This document shows, in pieces, positions 28,475 to 38,153 of a stretch of DNA of 64,000 nucleotides. The notes under the pieces were generated by a model. It ran no database searches, was not told where the DNA came from, and saw nothing but the letters and a program-made list of their open reading frames with translations. Origin of the DNA: Promethearchaeota archaeon (GTDB lineage: Archaea; Asgardarchaeota; Lokiarchaeia; Sigyniarchaeales; SOKP01); contig JBHLOG010000001.1 in the NCBI GenBank assembly GCA_048940765.1, forward strand, positions 6,806 through 70,805. Reading direction: 5' to 3'. Position 1 is the stretch's first letter, and the number at the start of each line of letters is the position of its first letter. Both the position numbers and the translations under genes were made by a program.

Positions 28475-29068
28475 TTGGATATGAGGATTTTTATCTCAGA
28501 TATCATTGTTAAGAAGGATAGATATGGTTCTGATTACTACTGGATAGTTGGTCAGCTTCGTTGTGGTAAAAGGGTTATTATTGAGGATGTCTATTTTAAC
28601 CTTCAAAAGTATATTGATCATCGAATTGAAATGTTATTATCTTTTATGAGATCTCCTTATTTAGAATTACAGATGGGGATTCATAATGAAATATTCTTAT
28701 CAGAAGAATACTATTCAGTGGAACTTATTGATGAGTTGTTAAATACAAAGGGAGTCATTTTAAGCGGGAAAGAGAAAATTATAATATTAACTGGTGAATA
28801 TATTGATTCCTATACTATTCCTGAAAAATGGAAGTCGTTAATACAGCGAAAATCTTTTAAAATGTTATTTAAAGACCCATCTGCTCTTAAGACTGAAGAT
28901 GGAACGTATCTTTTGTACCCTTTTCATTCAAGGAAGCGATTTCCAATTGAGTCAATCTCTCAAAGAGTCACCATGGCAGGTAGTCTCAGATTGGAAGCTT
29001 GGTGTCTGAATGGTGAAGAATCTTTGGTAAATAGCTTGGAAGATAGTATTGAAAGAAAATTAATGTAA
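28475..29068 (+). CDS. hypothetical protein
   Basis: 197-aa ORF (TTG, or ATG 2 codons later). No recognisable motif. Confidence 0.45.
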   Translation: MDMRIFISDIIVKKDRYGSDYYWIVGQLRCGKRVIIEDVYFNLQKYIDHRIEMLLSFMRSPYLELQMGIHNEIFLSEEYYSVELIDELLNTKGVILSGKEKIIILTGEYIDSYTIPEKWKSLIQRKSFKMLFKDPSALKTEDGTYLLYPFHSRKRFPIESISQRVTMAGSLRLEAWCLNGEESLVNSLEDSIERKLM

Positions 29069-29324
29069 TTTTAATTTTATAGTAGTCGTTAAGATAATTA
29101 TGAGTGAAATATATCATTATATATGGAGAAATAAATGGTTGACGTCAGAAGCTAAGATAATTGAGGATTTTATCGAAGCTTATGAGCAAGCATTAGATAC
29201 CCTTAGGCGATGGAAGTAGTTAGGCATAAAACTTGAACAAAATCCAGGCATTATGGATGATTACGCAGAATTTTTCACTTATGATAGAGAAATTGCTCAG
29301 AAAGAAGGGTTTGATTAGAAGTTT

Positions 29325-30956
29325 TTATTTCTTTGCAAATGGTTCAAGGTCTATGGCTTCAAATATGTCATCTACCCCTTCAATAGTTCCTAAAAAGTGC
29401 CATTCCCCTTCTTCAACATTCTGACCTGACGCGTATCTCGAAGCCATATTGTATAATCTATTAAAGTTCTCATAATGTAAGGCGACTCGGTTTTCAGCGT
29501 AATCTCGTGCGGACCATGTTGTCATTAAGAATGGCCAATCGGAACTTTCTAACAGTAAAAGTTCTCGTGCCATCTGCTTTAAAATCTTAATAATGTTTGG
29601 ATCGTGCGAGCCCTTGTATTTTGCAATAATCTCTTCGCTCTTCGCTTCGCATTCGTAAATTCGCTCCCAAACCCACGTTGTCCACTCATTAAACCACACC
29701 CAGTGAGAACTTGCTTGACCCCATGAGCCTTCTATTACACTTACTACTTTATTCGGAGGATTAGATTCAACATATAGCCTTGAATTCGTTAATTCTACCT
29801 CTGGATCATCTTCAAGCCATCGAAGTACCCTTGCTAACCACCAATTTCCCTCAAACCACCAATGTCCAAATAATTCTGCATCATAAGGAGCTACAACAAT
29901 GCCGTTTCTCCCATTTCTATTTTGAAAATCTCTTAGAATATCTTTAATGAGATTTACATAATGACTTGCATTTTCATCTAGTTTACCAGGTATATCATCT
30001 GGCCAATATAACATCTTTTTACCGAGGTCGAGTTTTGCTTCTGTGACTTTCCAATATCTCAAGCCCCCAGGATAATGTTTTTTATGAAAGTCCAAGTATT
30101 CAGCACATCCTGGATATCCATGTTCTCCGCTCCATACTACAATCCCTGTTTTCTCATCGCGAGTAAAAAATCCAACAGGTCCAGGAGTAGAGGGATCAGT
30201 AGACACTAAATATGATTCATATTGAGACTTTTCGAATGAAGTTGGGATTTCTTCATATTGAGATTCAAATTGCTTCCATAGTTCAGCAAGTAAAGGAAAT
30301 CGGGCAGCATAGACACCTTGAGATTTTCCTCCTAAAAGTAAAGCAGTGTCAATAAAGAAGTATTTTAACCCATTTTTAGCAAGAAAGTATTCAATACCAG
30401 GACGATGATATTCTTCATCAGTTATAGGGTTTTTCCATCGATACCCTGGTCTATATGCACATTCAGGAAGCCAAGCACCTGTAGGAGTTCTACCGAAATG
30501 TCTTTTATAATTATCAACTGCCGTTTTAAATTGAGCATCAATTGAAGTATCCTTGGAAAGTAAGGGTGCATATCCATGAGTTGCTCCACATGTAATAATA
30601 TCAACAAGGTCCATATCCTGAAGATTTTTAAACGCTCCCACTACATCCCTATTATACCTATGAATAAAGTTATCTCTTACCCGTTCATAGAATTCTTGCC
30701 ACCATTTCGTTAATTTAATTCTCCCTTCTTCATATCTATTCCTTGTAAATTCTTCAAAATCATGTAGCGCCGCGTTATGTTTGTCCTCTAAATAACCTAA
30801 AAATCCCCCCGTAAATTTAGGATTTCGAAGCATTTCACATAAAATTGGAGTGAGACCAATAGTAAGTTTTGGATGATATCCGTCATCAACTAATTTATAT
30901 AATTCTATAAGAAGCGGAATATATGTTTCTGCAGCTGCTTCATTCACCCAATCCAT
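29325..30956 (-). CDS. GH57-family alpha-glucan branching-enzyme-like protein, main body (lacks the first conserved region)
   Basis: DWVNEAAAETYIPLL..., GATHGYAPLL and WLPECAY motifs typical of GH57 GlgB-like enzymes. Confidence 0.8.
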   Translation of the reverse strand: MDWVNEAAAETYIPLLIELYKLVDDGYHPKLTIGLTPILCEMLRNPKFTGGFLGYLEDKHNAALHDFEEFTRNRYEEGRIKLTKWWQEFYERVRDNFIHRYNRDVVGAFKNLQDMDLVDIITCGATHGYAPLLSKDTSIDAQFKTAVDNYKRHFGRTPTGAWLPECAYRPGYRWKNPITDEEYHRPGIEYFLAKNGLKYFFIDTALLLGGKSQGVYAARFPLLAELWKQFESQYEEIPTSFEKSQYESYLVSTDPSTPGPVGFFTRDEKTGIVVWSGEHGYPGCAEYLDFHKKHYPGGLRYWKVTEAKLDLGKKMLYWPDDIPGKLDENASHYVNLIKDILRDFQNRNGRNGIVVAPYDAELFGHWWFEGNWWLARVLRWLEDDPEVELTNSRLYVESNPPNKVVSVIEGSWGQASSHWVWFNEWTTWVWERIYECEAKSEEIIAKYKGSHDPNIIKILKQMARELLLLESSDWPFLMTTWSARDYAENRVALHYENFNRLYNMASRYASGQNVEEGEWHFLGTIEGVDDIFEAIDLEPFAKK

Positions 30957-30968
30957 TCCATGGGGCCA

Positions 30969-31001
30969 AATTTCGGATAATATGATAAATTCATATTATT
31001 C
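30969..31001 (-). other. 33-nt in-frame insertion (E-stop-YEFIILSEI) containing a 9-bp hairpin, between HG and WPHG of GH57
   Basis: Plus-strand ataatatga (30977-30985), loop taaat, tcatattat (30991-30999). GH57 homologs as I recall them have about 1 residue here (HGKWPFG). Confidence 0.6.
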
Positions 31002-31070
31002 TCCGTGACCAAGCACCCATGGTAAGTGTGAGTGTAATACTAAATTAAAAGATCCTAATATATCAGTCAT
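30996..31070 (-). CDS. detached N-terminal fragment of the GH57 gene (MTDILGSFNLVLHSHLPWVLGHGE-stop)
   Basis: Carries GH57 conserved region 1 (HSHLP). Same frame as the main ORF, separated from it by TAA at 30996-30998. Confidence 0.7.
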   Translation of the reverse strand: MTDILGSFNLVLHSHLPWVLGHGE

Positions 31071-31262
31071 ATTTTTTCCTAAGTTAAATATAATATTATT
31101 TATTACAAAATTCGTTATTATTCAATAATTATTCATATCTTAAATATTCAAGAGAATCCTAAAATATTTGAAAATCGTTAAAGTTATATATCTTTATTTA
31201 GCTTTTTATCATATATATTTTCCAATCAAAAATTAATTGTAAATTCAAAAAAGTAAGATTAG

Positions 31263-32651
31263 ATGGCTTACGTTCCAATAAAAAATCTTAATGATTTAAA
31301 TAAAAATGGAAGAATCATTGGTAGAGCTAACTATATCTTCACCCCAGAGATCTCAAGCTCTATTGGATCTATTCATGGTAGTCTATTTAAGCAAAATGAA
31401 TCAGTTGTTATGGGAAGAGATTATCATAACGATAGTAGAATGTTAAAACGAGCTTATACTTCGGGTATGATGTCTACTGGAATAAATCTCCTAAATCTAT
31501 CAGATTGCACCTTTCCACTACTACAATTCACAATCAGGCGATTTGGAGCAAGTGGGGGGGTCTATTTTTCAGGAGGTCATTTATACAGTGAGGATGTTGG
31601 TATAAGATTTTTAGATGCTGGAGGAATAGAATTATCTAAATTTGAAATTCAAAAAATTATTGATTCCTTCAATTCTTATCCTCGAGAAATAAGGAGAGTT
31701 GATCCTAACCAAATAGGTCAAATAACTGCTATACCTCAAACTGCAGATATTTATGTTAAATCGCTACAACAGTTTGTAGATAAAAAAAAGATAAAGCAAG
31801 CAGACTTAAAGATTGTTGTAGATTGCTCTTATGGACCTACTGGAAAAATAACTCCACTGTTAATTAATGATATAGGAGTTGAAGTTATAGCTTTAAATAC
31901 GCATTATCGTGAAAGATCTGCGAGTCCCGTTCCTAGTATTAATACAATACGAAATACAGCAGATATTGTTAAAGCATCTAATAGTCATCTTGGAGTATGT
32001 TTTGACGTAGATGGGTCAAGGATTCTTGTAATAGATGAAAACGGATTAGAAATAAATTTTGAAGATTTATTAATGCTTTTTGTAACTTTTGATAAAAGAA
32101 TTCAAAAATCTAAAGGTAATACTATTATTACAACACCGTCAGTTTCTCCTATCGTTAGAAATTTCATTGGGGATGCCGGTTTTCCTACTAAGAACGTGGA
32201 GAATTATCCTGGGGAAATTTCAAGGCAAATAAGAGAGGAACGTGCATGTTTTGCAGCAGCAGACACACTAAAGTTTTATTTCAGTGAATATGCACCATTC
32301 AGCGATGGGAATTTCATTTTACTTAAGATTCTTGATATAATGACTTCACAAAATGATTTACTTAGTTCATTAACAAGAGGTTTTCCTAAAGGAACAAAAA
32401 TTAATAAAACTATATCAGTTTCACAAGAATTAATTGATAATATACATAATCGATTAAGAGAAATGGTAGAAGAAAATAGTTATAAATACCAAGACATCAT
32501 AAATGAATTAAAAATAATTAGTGATGATGCATATACAGTTATTAAAGTAGCATTATATAGAAATGCAATACTTTTATCTACGGAATCAGAAGATAAGGAT
32601 AAAGCTCAAGAAATGATTGGGGAATTAGAAAAAATAATAGCAAAACTATGA
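31263..32651 (+). CDS. phosphoglucomutase/phosphomannomutase-family protein with degenerate catalytic motifs
   Basis: Family backbone VVMGRDYHNDSR...GGVYFSGGHLYSEDVGIRF, where TASHNP is replaced by SGGHLY (Ser to Gly). The metal loop DVDGSR replaces DGDGDR. Confidence 0.6.
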   Translation: MAYVPIKNLNDLNKNGRIIGRANYIFTPEISSSIGSIHGSLFKQNESVVMGRDYHNDSRMLKRAYTSGMMSTGINLLNLSDCTFPLLQFTIRRFGASGGVYFSGGHLYSEDVGIRFLDAGGIELSKFEIQKIIDSFNSYPREIRRVDPNQIGQITAIPQTADIYVKSLQQFVDKKKIKQADLKIVVDCSYGPTGKITPLLINDIGVEVIALNTHYRERSASPVPSINTIRNTADIVKASNSHLGVCFDVDGSRILVIDENGLEINFEDLLMLFVTFDKRIQKSKGNTIITTPSVSPIVRNFIGDAGFPTKNVENYPGEISRQIREERACFAAADTLKFYFSEYAPFSDGNFILLKILDIMTSQNDLLSSLTRGFPKGTKINKTISVSQELIDNIHNRLREMVEENSYKYQDIINELKIISDDAYTVIKVALYRNAILLSTESEDKDKAQEMIGELEKIIAKL

Positions 32652-32806
32652 AATGAATGTGAATCATTATCTTATGATTCCTAATTTAATTATTGAAAAA
32701 TTAAATATTTTTTTATATAATGAATTAAAAATTTAAAAAAAAAGGACTAATTATATAATAATATAATTTTAACTTTAGAATCAGAAAAAAAAGTGTTGAT
32801 TAAATT

Positions 32807-33466
32807 ATGGCTGTAGACATAAGTGCAATAATCATTTTAGTAACTTTATTTATTATCTTTGCGATATTTTTAGTATTTGATTTATTCGGTCGGAATGAGA
32901 AATATGGTTATCTTGCCTATATTGTTGCTGTAATTCCAATTAATTATTTTTGGGGTGTAGGTGGAGATCCACTAATTGCATATACTATTCTATTCATCTT
33001 ATGGATTATTACAATATTACGGGATACATTAGGAGTATATCGCAAAAAAGGTAAAGAAATAAATGAAATTCTTTTGTATCTCTTTTTGGCAATTATCATC
33101 CAATTAATTATTAGCGCCATCATGCCAGAAGTTAATTCAGATTTACAACTTAGAACAGAAAAGATATTGTATTTTTGGTTACCAAATGTTCATTCTGCAA
33201 TTTTTGAACAATCACTAGCCACAGGTTTCAAAATTACCGCTACAGGATTGGTATTTTTAGTTATTATTCCATTAATTCTTGATGTTAAAGACGAAGAAGC
33301 TCCCCTGCCTGTCATAATAATATTTGTCGTTTTATTTATTATCCCTTTCTTGTATCTCAGTTACGTCTGGGTTCCGGATGTAATGGGTGTATTGACATTT
33401 CTATTTTCAGTAGTACTTTTTGTTATACTCTTATTAATAACCAGGAGTGGGAAAGAGGCAAAATAA
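32807..33466 (+). CDS. polytopic membrane protein, unknown function
   Basis: About 6 hydrophobic helices. No motif recognised. Confidence 0.5.
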   Translation: MAVDISAIIILVTLFIIFAIFLVFDLFGRNEKYGYLAYIVAVIPINYFWGVGGDPLIAYTILFILWIITILRDTLGVYRKKGKEINEILLYLFLAIIIQLIISAIMPEVNSDLQLRTEKILYFWLPNVHSAIFEQSLATGFKITATGLVFLVIIPLILDVKDEEAPLPVIIIFVVLFIIPFLYLSYVWVPDVMGVLTFLFSVVLFVILLLITRSGKEAK

Positions 33467-33654
33467 TTAGAATTTAATAAAATCTTAAAATCCCTATTTC
33501 TTTTTTAATAAAATCTTTTTCAATTTCCCAATAAATTTCATATTTTTTTCAAAAATATTTAAGAAATAAAGAAATCATAATAGAAAAAAAAGCATGAAAA
33601 CTAATAAAAAAGAAAAAAATAGGATTTAGTTATTTATTTTTTCAATGAAGTTGC

Positions 33655-35376
33655 TTACTCAAAATATACAGGGAAAAAGTCATAAGTACCTTGAGCATTA
33701 TAGGAAATCCCTTTCACGTTATTAGGGTGAGCCCAGGCTGGTCCCTGACTACTAAAAGCAAAAACCCATGGCATATCCTTAAGTAACAATTCTTGCATTC
33801 TGTTATAGTATGATTCTCTTACAGCTCCGTCGGGCATCCCTAGGGCTGCTTCCATCAAAAGCTGAACGTTATCCCATGTATCAAATTCGTCTCTACCGGC
33901 TTTAGCTGCCTCTGTATAACCATTATATTGAGCACTATTAGAGGCTACTGATCTATTGGTGAACAATGGATTGATAAAATTGCAAGGATCGTTAAAGTCA
34001 GCACCCCAGCCGATAAATAATAATTGCACCTCATTCCTATCATGACCACCCAACTCATAGATTTTTTGGAGCACAATACTCCAAGTGCTCCCAGCATCGG
34101 TTACTCTAATTCCAATTTTTGCTAAATTGGCAATTAACATTATAAAAGTCTTTTCTCGAACATCATTACCTATGTTGTATGAATAGTTAAGGGTCAAGAA
34201 CGGAACACTTGCTGTTTGTGCAGTCCATTCATCGTCTTCACTCACATTAAAAGTTGTTCCAAATCCCATAGATTGTACTACCTCTCTTGCATATGTAAGG
34301 TTAAATATGGGAGCAGGTAATGACCCGTTGTGGTATTTAATACCCACACCAATGGGAGATTTCAATCTTGTACCATGACCATATCTGATAGTGTCGATTT
34401 GATATTCATAGTTATAAGCATAAGAAATTGCTTCTCTCCAAGTCCTATTTATCTGTATATTATTCATTGCCAAGTAATTAAGACCTGATGATACTCTATC
34501 TTCAGGTGCCCACAGGGTAAGACCTGAAGCTCCCTCAATGGAGCTCCACATCTCATCCATAGGTTGATATAAGTATTGAATATCACCAGCAAATAAGGCT
34601 GCGGTTCTAGCTTGTGCAGAAATAATTCCAACGTAGATTACTTTATCAAGTTTAGGTTTTCCCCTATGATAGTTGTCATAGGCTAACATGATAACCTCAA
34701 CATCCTCCTCATATGATTCATACATAAAAGGACCGGTTCCGACAATATCGCCATCAAGTTCAACAATACCGCCTGTTTCATTATAATACGTGTCGGTCAA
34801 TATTGATGAAGCTGCATAACATAATAAATCTTCGAAGGGTCCATAAACCCTATTTAATTCATAAATTACTTGATATTGAGAGACTGCATGAACTTCTTTT
34901 ATGATTGGAGTATGATCTGGCCATGAGTATAACTCATACACATCAGGTACGTATCCATTATTAAGCCCCGTGAAATTATACAACCATTGTTGTCTCTTCC
35001 AAGTAAAGACAACATCATCTGCGTCAAATGCAGAGCCATCATGGAATGTGACACCAGTTTTGAGATTAACTGTATAGTTAATAAAAGTTGAGTCCCATGT
35101 ACCCAGCGCTGTGGCAAGTCTAGGTATTTTCGGTAGAGCTGGGTCGGTCCAATCATAAGTTAATAATCCTTCTACAACCTGAACTATTACATTATTAGAC
35201 GCTTGATCCCAAGCATCCTGTGGATCAATGGTAAAGGGAAGATACATCTGTCCAACAGAAATAATTTGTTCACCTTCGCCTGGTGGTGCTGTCATGAAAT
35301 ATATTACGGCGCCAGTAGCACCAGCCGCAATTGCTACTATTACGATTATTCCTATAGCTAAAGTTTTTCTTTCCAT
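33655..35376 (-). CDS. ABC-transporter substrate-binding protein, family 5 (peptide/nickel/oligosaccharide type), TM-anchored
   Basis: N-terminal TM helix. IDPQDAWD...VEGLLTYD...PRLA...VTFHDGSAFDADDVVFTW is typical of SBP_bac_5. Confidence 0.8.
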   Translation of the reverse strand: MERKTLAIGIIVIVAIAAGATGAVIYFMTAPPGEGEQIISVGQMYLPFTIDPQDAWDQASNNVIVQVVEGLLTYDWTDPALPKIPRLATALGTWDSTFINYTVNLKTGVTFHDGSAFDADDVVFTWKRQQWLYNFTGLNNGYVPDVYELYSWPDHTPIIKEVHAVSQYQVIYELNRVYGPFEDLLCYAASSILTDTYYNETGGIVELDGDIVGTGPFMYESYEEDVEVIMLAYDNYHRGKPKLDKVIYVGIISAQARTAALFAGDIQYLYQPMDEMWSSIEGASGLTLWAPEDRVSSGLNYLAMNNIQINRTWREAISYAYNYEYQIDTIRYGHGTRLKSPIGVGIKYHNGSLPAPIFNLTYAREVVQSMGFGTTFNVSEDDEWTAQTASVPFLTLNYSYNIGNDVREKTFIMLIANLAKIGIRVTDAGSTWSIVLQKIYELGGHDRNEVQLLFIGWGADFNDPCNFINPLFTNRSVASNSAQYNGYTEAAKAGRDEFDTWDNVQLLMEAALGMPDGAVRESYYNRMQELLLKDMPWVFAFSSQGPAWAHPNNVKGISYNAQGTYDFFPVYFE

Positions 35377-36120
35377 ATTATATCACTTAGATAATTTCAT
35401 TTTTTTCTTGTTTTCAATTTTGTTTTTATTAAAATTTTGTGGTTAAGTGTAGTTTTTATTAAAATACCTTATAAGGGTTATTTAATCTTTTTTATTACTA
35501 TTTGAAATCCAAATATGTTATGTTTTCGTTTTGTGACAAGATAGATTGACACGAGAGTTATATTCGGATTTATAAATAAAGATAATACTTATGATATTAG
35601 AATATCTATTAAAGAGAATTTTAAACTTAATCTAAATCACTTAAAAGAATTATTAAAATTCTAAATGTCAATATTATATGTTAATATATTCTAGTATCAT
35701 TAGAACAATAAGATGAATTATAGAAGATTTAGAAAACTAAGTGAGGATATAATTGGTTTAAAGAGAAAGTTTTAGAGATTTATTCTTGATAAGTAGAAAT
35801 TTATTGTGGCGATAATTACAGTTTTAGTATGAATATTTTTTTGAATGATTTTTATAAGAAATATTTGGGATTATTGAGAGAGTAGATACTAACACGAATT
35901 TCTATTATTTGTTTATACCTAAATGTATTTTTAAATATTTGTGAAATATTTAGACTTAATAAAAATAAAATAATACATAAAAAGTCGGGAGGGAGCAAAG
36001 TAAAATAAATTAAAACGCTTTATTTTTCTAGAAGCTTTTTATTATTATTTTTATATTTAATTTTTGAATATCAAATTTATGATGAATTCAAATACAATAA
36101 TTGACGTGTAATATTATATC

Positions 36121-37119
36121 ATGGCAAAAAAAAAAGTTGATTCTGATGAAACAAACGGTAAAAAAATTTCTAAATCCGAATCAGCTTATACCTTGAAAGA
36201 TTTACCCGGTGTAGGAGAAGCGACCGTAAAAAAATTGATGGAAGCAGGAATTTTTTCTATAAGAACTCTTGCAATGTATCCATTAAATAAATTGATTGAT
36301 GAAGCAGGTATCGGTGAAAAAACGGCTGAAAAAATAATTAAAGTTGCCCAAGATATTGAAAAAATGGGTTTTAAATCAGCGGATAAAATTTGGGAAAAAA
36401 GAAAGATTTTGAATAAATTAACCACAGGTAGTCAGAATTTAGATGACTTATTATTCGGTGGTATCGAACCTGGAGCTTTAACAGAGCTTTTTGGTGAATA
36501 TCGAACTGGAAAAACACAGATAGTTCATCAATTATGTGTTAATGTACAATTATCATATGAAGAAGGTGGTCTTGAGGGGAATGCATTATACATTGATACA
36601 GAAGGAACTTTTAGGCCAGAACGATTAATACAAATGGCAATTGCTAAGGATTTGGATCAAAATGTGGTTTTGAAAAATATAACAGTTGGAAGAGCTTATA
36701 ACAGTGATCATCAGATGTTATTAGTAAAAGAAGCTCCAAAAATCATAAGTGAAAAAAATATAAAATTAGTAATTTTAGATTCCCTAATAGGTCATTTTCG
36801 TAGTGAATATATAGGGAGAGGAACTTTGGCTGAACGCCAACAAATGATAAATACACACATCCATGATTTATTACGATTATCCGAAACTTATGATGAATTA
36901 GCTGTTGTTTTTACAAATCAAGTATCAGCAAAGCCAGATGTGTTTTATGGTAATCCTTTAACGCACACTGGAGGACATGTAGTAGCTCATGGTGCAACCA
37001 TCAGAATATTCTTAAGAAAAGGGAAAGGCGAACAACGAATCGCTAAAATTGTGGATGCCCCACATATTCCTGAAAGTGATGCAATATTTTCTATTACAGA
37101 GGATGGAATAATAGATTAA
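36121..37119 (+). CDS. radA: DNA repair and recombination protein RadA
   Basis: N-terminal HhH (LKDLPGVGEATVKKLMEAGI), Walker A GEYRTGKTQ, Walker B LVILDS, 332 aa. Confidence 0.95.
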   Translation: MAKKKVDSDETNGKKISKSESAYTLKDLPGVGEATVKKLMEAGIFSIRTLAMYPLNKLIDEAGIGEKTAEKIIKVAQDIEKMGFKSADKIWEKRKILNKLTTGSQNLDDLLFGGIEPGALTELFGEYRTGKTQIVHQLCVNVQLSYEEGGLEGNALYIDTEGTFRPERLIQMAIAKDLDQNVVLKNITVGRAYNSDHQMLLVKEAPKIISEKNIKLVILDSLIGHFRSEYIGRGTLAERQQMINTHIHDLLRLSETYDELAVVFTNQVSAKPDVFYGNPLTHTGGHVVAHGATIRIFLRKGKGEQRIAKIVDAPHIPESDAIFSITEDGIID

Positions 37120-37165
37120 TATGTTGCGAATTTGGTTGCTCTTAAATTAATTGATAAAAAAGAGA

Positions 37166-37603
37166 TTAATACTCGAGATTAACATTTAATTCAATACCTT
37201 CTCTGATTGATTCTGAGATGATACAATATTGCTCAAAAAACTTTCTACATTGATCTATTCTTTTTCGCATTTTAGGATTATTAACTCTTGGAATTATATC
37301 AATGTCTATTTTTTTGATTCTCCATAACATCTTATCATTTCTAGCAATTGTGACTTCAGCTTTTCCTTCTAAATCTAATAAAGAAAGATTTTTTTTTTGT
37401 AAACAAAATTCAAGACTTGCGCTTAAGCAACCTAGAATCGATAAAGCTAATAATTTTGCTGGAGAAGGTCCTATTTTTTCTCTTGCTTTTTTTTGACTTT
37501 CGTCAATATATAAATGGTGCATATTGATTCCTCCAAGATTACACTTATATATCATCTCTTCTTCCTGTTTTAAGCTAACCTTAGTTTTTAATTCCTGAGA
37601 CAT
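37166..37603 (-). CDS. OsmC/Ohr-family protein (paralog 1)
   Basis: GPSPAKLLALSILGCLSASLEFC and FEQYCIISESI (the two conserved Cys positions). Confidence 0.7.
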   Translation of the reverse strand: MSQELKTKVSLKQEEEMIYKCNLGGINMHHLYIDESQKKAREKIGPSPAKLLALSILGCLSASLEFCLQKKNLSLLDLEGKAEVTIARNDKMLWRIKKIDIDIIPRVNNPKMRKRIDQCRKFFEQYCIISESIREGIELNVNLEY

Positions 37604-37643
37604 ATGAATTCATTACTATTTTATACTTTAATTTAAAAAAAGT

Positions 37644-38120
37644 TTAGAGATTAAGATTAACATTTACCTCGATTCCCGCTCTGACACTTTCTGTTACTAT
37701 ACAATATTGTTCGAAAAAGCTAATATTCTCTTTTACTTGTTTTAAACATTGCCGTGCTCTTTTAAGAGATTCAAGATCTTCTATTTTAGGTACAATATCA
37801 ACGTCAATCTTTTTAACTCTCCAAAATCCTTTCTCATTTCTAGCAATGGTAACCTCTGCATTCGCTTTTAAGTCATTTAAAGTGAAATTTCTTTTTTTTA
37901 AACAAAAAATAAAGCTTGCACTTAAACATCCTAAAACACCCAATGCGAGCAATCTTGATGGATTTGGTCCCAACATATCAACTTCTTCATGATGTTCTTC
38001 ATCAATATAACAATCTTTAACTTTCATAATGCCTAAATCACATTTGAAAATCATTTGAGATTCGGATTTATCAAGGGATATTCCAACACTTGTTTTCATT
38101 TCATTCGAAATAAGAACCAC
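37644..38120 (-). CDS. OsmC/Ohr-family protein (paralog 2)
   Basis: GPNPSRLLALGVLGCLSASFIFC and FEQYCIVTESV. Collinear with paralog 1. Confidence 0.7.
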   Translation of the reverse strand: MVLISNEMKTSVGISLDKSESQMIFKCDLGIMKVKDCYIDEEHHEEVDMLGPNPSRLLALGVLGCLSASFIFCLKKRNFTLNDLKANAEVTIARNEKGFWRVKKIDVDIVPKIEDLESLKRARQCLKQVKENISFFEQYCIVTESVRAGIEVNVNLNL

Positions 38121-38153
38121 CAGTTTAAGATTAAATTATAGATAATAAAAATA

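Noticed and set aside
30960-31010. Canonical bulge-helix-bulge (archaeal endonuclease) intron interpretation of the GH57 33-nt insertion.
   Set aside because: I can draw helix (CGG/CCG), a 3-nt bulge and a 9-bp helix. I cannot draw the second 3-nt bulge separated by a 4-bp central helix, and the obvious hairpin boundaries remove 26 nt, which is not a multiple of 3. It is not claimed as an intron, only flagged for testing.
35447-36120. The 670-bp gene-free AT-rich region upstream of radA, considered as a possible ncRNA, origin or mobile-element remnant.
   Set aside because: I could see no repeats (ORB-like or otherwise), no GC-rich structured segment and no ORF remnants. It is treated as a long promoter or intergenic region.
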